NCBI RefSeq assembly: GCF_006345805.1 | Contig: NC_043003.1 | Location: forward strand, 77,190,001 to 77,254,000 | DNA: 64,000 bases | Reading direction: 5' to 3' | Source: Octopus sinensis | Taxonomy: Eukaryota | In this document: in pieces, positions 52,634-64,000 of the stretch | Numbering within the stretch: position 1 is the stretch's first letter | How the letters are laid out: the number at the start of each line of letters is the position of its first letter | Position numbers and translations under genes: made by a program | Notes under the pieces: generated by a model | The model's input: the letters and a program-made list of their open reading frames with translations, nothing else | Databases searched by the model: none | Told to the model about the DNA's origin: nothing

Positions 52634-52815
52634 CACTGCTTGGCAACTGGTGTTAATTTTTTTATGTCCCAGTAACTTGGCAACTCAGCAAAAAAAAAAA
52701 ATTATAAGTTCCAGGCTTTAAAAAAATAAGAACTGGATTCGATTCTTTCGACTAAAATTATTCAATGTGGTACCCCAGCATGACCACAGTCGAATGATTT
52801 AAAAAAGTAAAAGAT
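52395..52815 (+). mobile_element. Family-C SINE (diverged)
   Basis: tggctgtgtggtaataag...cagcatgaccacagtc. Confidence 0.7.
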
Positions 52816-53454
52816 AAAAGATAAAATAACGATCAGTTTCATTCTATTGTTTTGACAATCTTCTCGTTTCTTGCATCATAAGATCTATCCTGAAATGTTG
52901 AAACTGTGACATATGTCATAGTTTCCATATTTCGTTTTATTACAAGTATATTTTCTTAAATTGTAAAATGTAAAAAAAATATATTGTCAACTTTGTACAT
53001 ATTCAACTCTGTAGACAGTTACGATAGCTTTTCTATACTGTATCACTGGAATTGAAAAACTTGTAAAAGGTGAACATTTTTTTTTTTTTACATTGGCAGA
53101 CATAAAATGAGCAGACCTAAGATAAACATATAAACTATGTATTACCCTTGAGAAAACTCAAGACGATTCGAGTATTCGACGAGTTAACAAGACTGCTCTC
53201 TAACCAATAAAGCTATATAGTCAACCGATTAATTTTGTACTGTATTGATACCTGATTAATCTGAAATTATCAGTTAATGGTTTAATGGATTAATATGGTT
53301 TAATGGTTTAATATCATGCTTACAACAGATATCTCACTTCACACAATATTAACACCGCGCAAGAGGTTGTGATTTTCTGATATATGCTTATGTGTGTGTG
53401 TAATGTCACAGCAATGTGTGTGTCAGTGTGTGTGTGTGTGTGGTGTGTGTGTGT

Positions 53455-53491
<37 letters not shown>

Positions 53492-53674
53492 GTCATAGTA
53501 ATGTTATCATAACACGATTATTTATGTAATGTTGTTACCAGTTCAAATATGCGTGTGGCACGTTTGAACTCGTAAATAAGCCATTCACTGTGTTTTGTCA
53601 TGGAGAAAATTTCTCGCAGTAGACAAATGGTGCTAATACACCAATATCAGTTCGCAGCACCACCTATCTAGACT

Positions 53675-53718
53675 GTGAGATGCAAGCATTTCAGAGTAGT
53701 TGTCTCGTCTTCGGTCAC
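53675..53718 (-). ncRNA. Type I hammerhead motif, U4C core variant
   Basis: GTGA / CCGAAGA / CGAG-ACAACTA-CTCT / GAA / ATGC-TT-GCAT / C / TCAC; AUC triplet; stem II closing pair mismatched. Confidence 0.65.
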
Positions 53719-53917
53719 GGAGCGGAGCGCTAAGCATTGAAGTGTATAAATGTAATGTTTTTTACCAGTTCAAATATGCATGTAGCACGTTTGGACTTGT
53801 AAATAAGAGATCCAGTGTCTCGTCATGGATAGCGCTAATCAGTCACCGTAAAGTGACTGAAATATTATAAGAGAAACAATCGCTTTTATCAGTTCGCAGC
53901 GTCCCCTTTCCTTGTGT

Positions 53918-53965
53918 CTGTGACCGAAGAGGAGATAACTACTCCAAAATTTTTGTATCTCACAG
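53918..53965 (+). ncRNA. Mutated type I hammerhead of the same family
   Basis: CTGTGA/TCACAG stem I, CCGAAGA core, GGAG/CTCC stem II, but GAAA>AAAA and a degraded stem III. Confidence 0.5.
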
Positions 53966-55377
53966 TCTAGATAGGGGGTGCTGCGAACTGATATAGATCA
54001 AACATCATTTGTCTACAATTTACGAGTCCAAACATGTCACACGCATATTTGAACTGGTAATAACGTTACATTATACACCTCACATCTTAGCACCCCACCC
54101 GCTCCGTATTTCGATTATTTATGTCTCTTCCAATCAAGGTCACAGCAGCCTATCACAAAATTTTTGAACTGTGGAACAGGAGAAGAATGAAATTTATTTC
54201 CCACAGCTACCCATGAAAGTTCTGTGGTATACTGAACATAACTTTATTATAATTTAATAAAACACAGAGCATTCGTAGTTAAGAAAAATATTTAAAATAT
54301 AGATTGCCAGAACAATCATATTCGTTATGTATTATAAACATTAGACTTACTTGCAAGACTTTTGTCCCTATAACTGAATTAGATAAACACCAATAAACAC
54401 CAGAGACAAACACGTGGTTTGTCTCTGGTGGCGAATTTGCCATTAAAGGGGAGAGTATCCCTTCCCAGTGAGATAAAGTAGAAGAACCTGCATGTCTACT
54501 TCTTAATTCAAAAATGTTTAATTCTTTTTTTTTCTTATATAAAACAAAGTTCTTCATGTCTTTTTCTGTTGGTAGCTGTGTATAATACTGCTTCGTACGT
54601 CTTTGAAATCGTGGGTGTGGCATAATTTGAAACACAAATTAAACTAAATTCAACATTATGCGAAATTTCATAAGAAAGAAAAACATAGAAGATAGTTCAT
54701 AGTTTAAAGGACATATTTCATTTTCTTTTTCATCCTAAATCGTTAACTATTTAGCAGTAGAGAAAAGAGAAAGATGAATATTTTCACTAGACAAAATGTT
54801 AATAACAAATTTAAGTACAATTATTGTGGCTGAGACACGGGTTCTAAACTAATTACCTTTCCTACATTATATTATCGTCGCATAACTCTTGCAGTTTGTG
54901 TCTTGCCAATTATAATTACTTTGTAAAAGTACAGTTGCAATACTACTTGACAACATGTACCATACTTCTGATATTAGTTGTAGGTGATTATACAGTCGTG
55001 AGCAGAGACAGACAGCCTTGATCCAACTGAACAGCGAAGATATGGCAGGTGAAGAGAAGAGAAAGAGCTCAGCCAGCACAAGACTAGTAGAGTAGTCTAG
55101 AGCAACGTAAAATTCAACACCCTGTTCTAGAGCACAATGTACTACTACGTACGTCAAGTGAATCCATGACCTTATGATGATGAGCAACATGCTAACCATT
55201 AGATTGTGTTCCTTCCTGTATAGTAACAACACAACTGTATAACTACTACCTATCGGTGAGTATATGTGTCTGCGATCCACTTATATATATATATATATAT
55301 ATACACATATTGCTTATATATACATATAACAACAACAATATATACATATATATATGTATATATATATATATGTATAG

Positions 55378-55790
55378 CCGCAGACGTGGCTGTTTGGTAA
55401 GAAGCTTGCTCCCCAACCACATGGTTCCTGGTGCAGTCCCACTGCGTGGCACCTTGGACAAATGTCTTCTACTATAGCTTCATGCAGACCAAAGCCTTGT
55501 GAGGAGATTTGGTAGACGGAAACTGAAAGTAACCCGTCGTGCGTGTATGTGTGTATGTGTGTGCGTGTTTGTGCGTGTGTGTGTCTTTGTGTCAGTATTT
55601 TCCCCCATCACCGCTTGACAAATGATGCTGATGTGTTTACATCCCTGTACTTTATTTGTTCAGCAAAAAAGATCGATTAAATAAATACCAGGTTCTAAAA
55701 AACAGTACAATGGTTGATTCCTTCAACTAAAAATTCTTCAAGACGGTGCCTCAGCATGGCAACAGTCTAATGAATGAAGCAAGTAAAAGA
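55378..55790 (+). mobile_element. Family-C SINE
   Basis: gtggctgtttggtaagaagcttgc...gacggtgcctcagcatggcaacagtc. Confidence 0.8.
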
Positions 55791-56149
55791 AAAAAATGTC
55801 TTTCCTAGTTATTAAGGCCTTCCCCAGACATTTACAATGAAGGATATGTGAAATAGAATAAACCAACTATTGAAACTGAGTAATGATATCGACATTTGCA
55901 TAATTTGTTTAACTAGACACAAATCCGTTTATTTCAGAATACGTGACTTGTAGGATATGGAAGCATTCATCCCTTCCGCTTAGTCAATGTAAACGAACTG
56001 AAATTATCTCGTGTAAAAAATGACACTGTGTGGCTGTCTTAGTATTCAGTTAAGTTACCTGAAATGCACAGTACTGACCACAATGTGGGGGAATGAATGA
56101 TTATAAGGATAATCCTAGACGACATGTCCATAGGAAGTCATAATGGACT

Positions 56150-57296
56150 ATTTGAAGTTTAATCAGAACCAGTGTTGGTTTGGGAGGGGTATCACCGCTA
56201 GTATATGTAGCCACATGGGTAGTATTGTGGGGAGAAGCATTAAAGTTAGTATTATTAAGTCGGGTGGAGTTACTAAGGGTTGTATTATTGCATTTAGGTG
56301 GGTTGGGATGGGATTCAATGGGATAGATTATTGGTTCTAAGGAGAGGCGTTGAAGTCAGCGTTTGTTAGAGGAGGCAATTATGGATCCTAAATTAGGCGT
56401 GCAGGTTGAAGGAAGAACGGTGGTGCGAACCATAGGATCTCGCACTTCCTGCCCATAGAGGGCTTAGAGTTCGTTGGTATAATGGGTGGGTCCAGATAGG
56501 GAAGCTTGTAGTCATTATAACTTCGATGTAACTGTTGGGGATGTCGAGAGGGAGGCGTAGGTGTTTTTTGAGGATTGATGGATTGTTGATAAGTGGAAGA
56601 AGGTCTGGTGAGTTTGGAATTAGTACTAGGAAAGAGATGCTTAATTTTAATTTTAAGTTTAGTGTTGGAGATGTAAGAGACCCTTTCAGGGAAACCACTG
56701 ATCTGGAGAGCTTGATTATAATACGGAACGTGATTGTTAAAAATGTAGAAGATTCTGATAGAGATGCCGGTGACTATGCTATTGAGGGTAAGTGTAGGAT
56801 GATTAGATGGGACATTGATATATTTTAATGATTGATTGGTATCAGAGAAAAGGTGATATGGGTTAATATTTAAACCAGGAGTAAATCTAAGAAATTGGCC
56901 ACTTGGGTGTTATTTTCGAAAGAGATAATTAGGTTGTAATTTTTTTAAAGTTCATGGAGGGCTTTTTTGGTGCGTTCAGCAGATCGAGATAGACGAGTGG
57001 CTGTAAGAAGTGCATCATCCGGAGAGGTTGGTGAAGTATTGTTTAATTTGGGAAAGAAGAAACAGGTCAACTAGGTCAATAACAAGGGCTGAGTCAGAAG
57101 AGCCCAGGGTTATATCAAAGAAATCCGTAGATGAGTTGCGAGTCCAGTAATTATCCTTAAAGTAAATTAGTGTTTTCCTAGCAGTCAGGATGATGTCAAT
57201 GCCAGATCGAGAGATAAGTGCATACTACCTAGCAAAGATTAGGGTTTTATTTAAGAGAATAGGTGATGCTGAAGAGATGTCAAACTGGGCCATTAA
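56150..57296 (-). pseudogene. Decayed Penelope-like reverse transcriptase fragment
   Basis: Manual translation: AQFDI...IILTARKTLIY...FFDITLGSSDSALVIDLV...DDAL...ERTKKAL...NFLD...KYINVPSNHP...YYNQALQISGF...WFAPPF, the motif order typical of PLE RTs. Confidence 0.85.
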
Positions 57297-58754
57297 CCAA
57301 CTAAACACTTTTTTTTTCTGTTGCTACACATTTCTCAAATAAAACTGATCTGAAAACTCTCCCCAGACTGCAAAATCTTGTTTTACAGTATCATCAGACG
57401 CTGAAAATAAATCGAAATTACTGATGTCATAAGTACAACGAAAACAGTTTAACATAATTTATTCAATTTATTTGAAGCACGAGACAACTAGAAATTGTGA
57501 CATAATACTATTTTTCAAGTTATTAAATAACATCATCATCATCTTAATTCTCATAGTCATTCAAAACAGTTTTCTTTCTAACATGGGAATTTAACCAACC
57601 ACACATCTGAACCATTCATACGAAATGCTCTTAATGATAATAAATTTCCTTACCAACGTTATCATCAACGTTTCTAGAAGAAATGCTAAATGTATGTATG
57701 TATGCATGTATGTATGTATGCATATTAAATGTAAATATAAAGATTACTAATTCGTATGTTGCCATGATATTCAACTTGGAAAATGTAGCAAAGAAATAAT
57801 ACGGCAGATGATAAATACCTAATTTTATCTTGAGCTAATGCTGTGATATTAAAATCCGAATATAATCTCATTTGTGCAAGACAATGACATCAAACTATCT
57901 ACACATGATATCTAATTACAGTTATTCCGTCACCACTACTACTATCACTGCCGTCATCCATATCTTCATAAATTCCAGGAAGTATCTGAGATACGATTTC
58001 TGTACTTTATAAAATTAAATTAATCTCGCCAAATTGATACTGTTGAAGTTCATAAGAGATGTATTTTCAATAACAAAGCAGACATATATCAGTGATCATA
58101 ACGCGCGCTCGTGTATGTGTGTGTGTGTGGCCGCGTGCGTGTCTAGGATGGATGGTAGCAAACAGACGTATCCAAACGATAACTAGCGACCGACTTAACA
58201 AAATTAAATGGCAATTCATTGATATAAATTAAGAGGTCTCTTACAGTTGACCTTGTGGACATAGTATTAGTTCCCCTATAAAGAAGCATTAAAATTAGGG
58301 AAATTACAGCGAAATCACCGTACAGACTCTAACTCTTGATCTCCAATTTACAAAACTGGCGGACTAGCTAGTGACATATCTCCTTCACTTATTCATTTAG
58401 ACATTTTCTGTTTTGTTTCAGTTTTATAAAGCCGGATATATTTGTTTCTTATTTTCATCAATCAAAAATAATCGACAGCTTTTGATGTTTAGAGTAGTGA
58501 CAAACAGATTTATTCTCATCGGGAATCCAATTATGTAGTCATTTTTCAAATAAATACATCCCATTTTTAGAATATATTGCTTCTAAGAATCCGGGTTCCA
58601 AATCCCCTTCAATTATTCTTTCTTTACTCTATGTTATGCATTACCTTTCACTATACAGTATTGACCACTCTGTGATAATGATTTATTATATAAATAATCT
58701 TGTTGTCCAATAATGATGTCTCTTTCAAAGGATTATGGTGCACTTATTTGTGTC

Positions 58755-58830
<76 letters not shown>

Positions 58831-59674
58831 CTTTTACTTATCTCAGTCATTTGACAGCAGCTAAGCTGCGGCACCGCCTTGAAGAGTTTTAATCGAATAA
58901 ATTGTTTGTTTTAATCGAATAAAATATTTGTTTTTAAGCCTAGTACTTATTCTATCAATCTCTTTTGCCGAACCGCAAAGTTACTGGAACGTAAGCACAC
59001 CTACACCGGTTGTCAAGTGGGGATGGGGGACGAACACAGGAACAAAATCACACACACACACTACATACTAGCTACATACTAGCTTAAAAGCTGCTCTATC
59101 AGGCTAGTATGTAGCTTTTAAACAACTATCACCGAATGGGAAGGTCTGCAAATAGATCTCTGACTTATTTTGGAGAATTTGTTGCAGTTGCTTCCTCCAG
59201 AGTCATATCCCAATGATGATCATATTCGTCGCTAAAAATCCTGTAAAGACAATCGCCGAAAACAGTTGGAGTAATGAAAACAGGAATCCAAAATTTCAGG
59301 ATTGCAGGACAGGATTCGGCCTGGAATTTATTTAATTTACTCACGGAGTCAGCCTGATTCCAAAATGGTGTGATATGTTGGGCTACGGCCTTCAGGAGTA
59401 AAGTTGAAAAGGTGTGACACACTGATACACTGACATTCACTGTTATTATATTAGGTATGCTTAATTTGGGGAAAACTGTATTTCAATTACAGCGTATTTT
59501 ATGTGTGTGTGTGTTTGTGTGTGTATGTATACGTATGTGTGTGTGTGTGTGTGTATTAAAGAAAGCAAAAAATAAAACAAAAATAAGTGTTCAGTAATTG
59601 GTTGAGTATACTGGCCACAGGAATTTCTGTCCAGGAAAGTTGTACATCAACTCCCTCTTTCTATCACATACCCA

Positions 59675-59752
59675 CACACACACACACACACACTCTCTCT
59701 CTCTCTCTCGATTCCCTCTCTCTCTCTCTCTCGTTTCCCCTCTATTATTATT

Positions 59753-59837
<85 letters not shown>

Positions 59838-59977
59838 CATTATTATTACTCCCATTGCCACCATCAACACTACTACTTTTAATAGAACATCATCAACTCT
59901 CCCTAAATTTCTTTGTCTCTCTTTCTCACCCTCTCTTTTTCTTTCTTTCTCTCTGTCTCTCTGTCTCTCTCTCTCTG

Positions 59978-60022
<45 letters not shown>
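59675..60022. repeat. Compound (CA)n/(CT)n/(TAT)n microsatellite
   Basis: Direct reading. Confidence 0.95.
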
Positions 60023-60023
<1 letters not shown>

Positions 60024-60251
60024 CCATTACCCTCACCGTCTCTATGCCTAATATTACTCTCACCCCAGCACGAAGAAGCGTCATTGAATGGTGAAAGAGG
60101 GGGTCAAAGTTAGACACACTGTTACACAGAAATTAGTTTTCGCATTTATTGCATTAAATGTTTAATTTTGGGGAAACTGTATTTCAAATAGAGTGTATTT
60201 GTGTGTGTGCGTGTGTGTGTGTGGGTGTGTGTGTGTATGTGTGTGTGTGTG

Positions 60252-60298
<47 letters not shown>

Positions 60299-60326
60299 TG
60301 TATGTATATGTCTATGTATTTATATA

Positions 60327-60978
60327 CAGGGGTTGGACAAAATAATGGAAACACCTAGGACCATAGCGTTATAGTTTTGAAATATCTATAAAACCATCAA
60401 AAGCTTGTTTATATTTAGGTTTTTTATTTATTATTAGTGTTGCTTAATATGTTTTGCTAAAATTGCTATTTCTTTTCAGATATCATCAGAAAAAGGTAAT
60501 TAAAATTCATTAAAATGACATATCTCTCGGACTTTCAAAGAGGTCAAATTGTTGGTGCTCGTATGGCAGGCGCTAGCATAACGAAAGCAGCCAAAATATT
60601 TGGTGTATCAAGAAGTACTGTCTCGAAAGTAATGACATCCTTTGAGAAAGAGGAAAAACCTCCTCGTCAAAACAAAACTCTGGAAGAAAACCAAAACTTT
60701 CAGATTGCGACCATTGGACTCTTACGCGAACTGTTAGAAAGTATCACAAAAGTACAGCTCCCAAAATTACTGCAGAGCTTAATGATAATCACGAGAACCA
60801 AGTTTCCACAAAAACTGTTCGCCAGGAGCTGCACAAAGCTGGATTTCACGAGAGGGTTGCAATCAGAAAACCACTACTTTCAAAAACAAACGTTGCAAAG
60901 CGTTTAGAGTGGAGTAAAACCTACAGAATTGGTCACTAAAGCAGTGGAAGAATGTTATTTTCTCGGACCAGTCATCGT
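60327..60978 (+). mobile_element. Truncated Tc1/mariner transposon (left TIR and N-terminal transposase)
   Basis: TA|CAGGGGTTGGACAAAATAATGGAAACACC terminus; LSDFQRGQIVGARMAGASITKAAKIFGVSRSTVSKV paired/HTH domain, frameshift, then NSGRKPKL...VSTKTVRQELHKAGF...RKPLLSK; ends at the start of the DDE domain. Confidence 0.9.
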
Positions 60979-61134
60979 GGCCTAAAAATTAAAATTAGTT
61001 ATGCCCAAGCACAATTCGATTCAAGTATGTAGAACGTAGAGGTATACTTACCTAATAAATGATCCAATGGTCCAATATCTAGAAGAAAAAATTTCAGACC
61101 TTAGTTCCAAACTTTTGGCCATAACTATGTACAT

Positions 61135-61173
61135 GTGAGTGTGTGCGTGTGTGTGTGTGTGTGCGCGTGTGTA

Positions 61174-61261
<88 letters not shown>
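61135..61261. repeat. (GT)n microsatellite
   Basis: Direct reading. Confidence 0.95.
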
Positions 61262-61514
61262 TAATGAGATATATAGAATTTGTGACTCAGTTTGGTCGAA
61301 CCCCAAGCGAGTAAACAAAAAATTGATGTTCGGCCCTCTGGAGTCTTTAGATTTTTTTTATTGCTACACAGTTGTAAACTAGAACTATTGATCTAAAATC
61401 AAACCATACACAACCAACTGACAGATTCTAAACTCCTGGTTTTCTATTTTCATCTTCGATGATATGTGGAAATGTTATAAAACACTCTCATTACATAATA
61501 TATTAAACCTATAA

Positions 61515-61905
61515 GGCGGCGAGATGGCGGTAATTCGTCTGTCTTTATGTTCTGAATTCAAATTCCGCCGATGTTGACTTTACCTTTCAACCTTTCGAGG
61601 TCGATTAAATAAGTACCAGTTACGCACTGGGGTCGATATCCGTTTGTGTGTCTTTGTTTGTCCCCTCTGTGTGTAGCCCCCTATGTGCAGTAAAGAAATA
61701 AAAAACGTTAGCACGCCGGGAGAAATGCTTAGCAGTATTTCGTCTGTCTTTACGTTCTGAGTTCAAATTCTGCTGAGGTCGACTTTGCCTTTCATCCTTT
61801 CGGAGTCGATAAATTAAGTACCAGTTGCGTACTGGGGTCGAGCTAATCGACTGGTCCCCTCACCAAAAATTTCTGGCCTTATGACTAGAGTAGAAAAGAA
61901 TATAT
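61515..61905 (+). mobile_element. Family-B SINE tandem dimer
   Basis: Two consecutive units, the second ending with the cctagagtagaaaagaatat-type tail. Confidence 0.8.
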
Positions 61906-63620
61906 TAAACTTGTGTAATTGATTGTTAAATGAGATATTTTAGCGTACAAGTATTTCTCAAGACAAAACCAGTATGGATATTCTGCGTTCTGTAAATATT
62001 TCATAAACGGACCCTGGTACTGCAACACCATCAGCATCTCCCTTAAAACGCTACTAGCTGTGATTTATAATCTGTGTTGGGGATCTCAACCTAGCAAAGC
62101 TCACCTCCAGTGCTAACGATAGCTTATTTCTTCCATAGAAAGAGAGGACAAGAGGAAAGCGCAAATTATAACGAAATACCTAGATAAATGGATAAACATA
62201 TAAGAGTGTAAAAAAGAGAGTGACAATGGTTTTGATAAATAGTATACTGAGGTCAATGGAAACAACTTTTTAGCTGCAGCAACAACGGTTTGTTAGTTAA
62301 TAACGCATTGTGACTAACGGACAGATTCATTTATTATTATAATACAGACTCCAGTGGTGTGAGATAAAATAAACTTTTATGATATTAGTTTTGTCTAGAG
62401 TTATGTCATTAGAGTTAGTGTGAAATAACCTCTTGCTGGTACATTAGAAAGATTGCGTGATATATGCATATATATATAGTTATAATAGATTTTGTATCTT
62501 ACACCACAGAAATTGAAAATAGTGGGAATGAAGTGAATTTACAGAATATACTAAAACCAACCGTGATATCAGCAATCTGTGACCTGTCACCAATACTTTA
62601 TTTAGCTCATGTTAAACGCACTTAACTATAGCTCAGCAGTCGATTTAAAGTCTGACTTCACTTAATCGTATGTAGCGATCACATGTTTCCCCCAATCCAT
62701 TGATTTAAACATCGGACCATTTGATCTAAGAGATTTGTAACCCTTGCTCTCAAACACTCGTTAACCATCCGTAAACACTGGCTTTTTAGATTAATGTAAA
62801 GACGATAGCAATTTTAGCAGTAAAATGTGAAATCAATGTATTCTGTTCAAAATATGATTTCACTGCATTCTGTTCCAAATAGAATGGCTGTTTTAACAAA
62901 CATTCAATATTCAATATCGTTATAAAACATAAAATGTCAATTATCGTTATTATCGTTATTAATCTATTTCAGTAAAATTGTAGGTGGCTGAGAAAGTTGT
63001 TCGAATCTAGGTATCGTCCATACATTTATAATAGGAGACGTAACTCATAAACCCCTGCACAGTCCATGTCTATCAAGGGGAAATTATCGTAAGTACAGTC
63101 ACTGTAGAATTATATAACCTTTATATTTTGAATAAGTTCGAAAGCACATTATTAATAGCAACGGAAGGGAAGGCTGAAAATTGTGATGTACATGCTTTTC
63201 CTAATCTCATTGGCTCCAAATAGGAACGGATATAGCTTCAACAAAGAGATTAACTTCCCCTTCAAAGCGAAGATACTGTTGGTTAGAAATGTACACCACC
63301 ACGGCCACTATAAAACATCGTTGCACGCATATTCCTGTAACGTGGATCCTGGATTTTGGATCCCTAAAAATGTCTGGCGATAGAGTAGGGTCTCTACGTC
63401 CAGGAAGCAGTAACAAATCTTTTATGAGTTTTAATAAGAGTCAGCTCGGTCTATTTTTCTGTCACACATAAAAGAATTTGTGGTTTAACTATTGAGTCTA
63501 TATGTTCAGAACGAGACTCAATCGAAATTACAAGATATACACACACCCTCGTAAATTTACTTTACATTTCTCAATTATCTCAACCGTATATATTGATTCT
63601 ATCAATTAATAAGTGGAAGA

Positions 63621-63816
63621 TGTTTATAAGCCATTTAAAAACACACGAAAACCGTTAGATTCACCTCAACATTTAAATTATTTTGTCAAAATATTTTCGT
63701 CGCTTTGAAACCGCAGCCTATTCACTGACAAAATGACGAAAATATCTTAACAGATTAAGTTTAAATGTTGAAGTGAATCTAATAGATTTTGTGTGTTTTT
63801 AAATGGCTTATAAACA
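63621..63816. mobile_element. About 196-bp element with roughly 57-bp inverted termini (MITE or inverted pLTR remnant)
   Basis: tgtttataagccatttaaaaacacac...tcaacatttaaa versus tttaaatgttga...gtgtgtttttaaatggcttataaaca. Confidence 0.6.
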
Positions 63817-64000
63817 CCTTTCACGCTGCAATTGTTTTTGTTTCAGAACACGATCTCAGATCAGGTCACTTGCTATGCGAGTACATCTCCGTAATTAATA
63901 AGTATATTTTTAAAAATATAAACAGGCTACACTGTTTCATCACCTACAAGGAATCAATACAATTTATTATTTATGTGTTATGGAAAACAGATTATGGCTT

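Larger units (their letters stand above)
53525..54107. mobile_element. 226-bp-period repeat (two direct copies plus one inverted) with type I hammerhead motifs; second retrozyme-like family
   Basis: tgtaatgtt..ttaccagttcaaatatgc at 53525 and 53751; inverted copy at about 53915-54107. Confidence 0.7.

Noticed and set aside
54867-55280. 137-aa hydrophobic ORF (GPCR-like at first glance)
   Set aside because: No family motifs, no splice context and no codon-like pattern.
59165-59440. 91-aa ORF with internal GTGAGT and tttacag signals
   Set aside because: Splicing at these sites gives an immediate stop; no homology recognised.
62352-62509. Small MITE with CAGTGGTGT-like termini
   Set aside because: Termini mismatched and no TSD.

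Overview
AT-rich animal genomic DNA, packed with microsatellites and transposable elements. The SINE families and simple-repeat load resemble an octopus/cephalopod genome (inference from recognition, not a search). No host protein-coding gene can be supported; most ORFs in the track are microsatellite artefacts or retroelement remnants. Identifiable elements: a decayed Gypsy gag-protease with its 5' LTR (1-1462); four Tx1/L1-clade LINE pieces, one with a nearly intact EN-RT-zf ORF2 (4601-7946); a 5'-truncated RTE LINE (48011-50740); two Penelope-like remnants (about 42990-44560 and 56150-57296); a truncated Tc1 (60327-60978); two non-autonomous Helitron-like elements; several MITEs; and many tRNA-derived SINEs. 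The most interesting signals are invisible to the ORF track. (1) Two unrelated tandem repeat families, with units of about 340 bp and 226 bp, carry type I hammerhead ribozyme folds and look like non-LTR retrozymes (candidate circRNA producers). Minimal hammerheads also occur in dispersed Penelope-type repeats. (2) Two copies of one Tx1 family both sit inside (GATA)n tracts with the same 3' junction, suggesting a microsatellite-targeting LINE. All structures were read by eye; boundaries of degenerate repeats are approximate.
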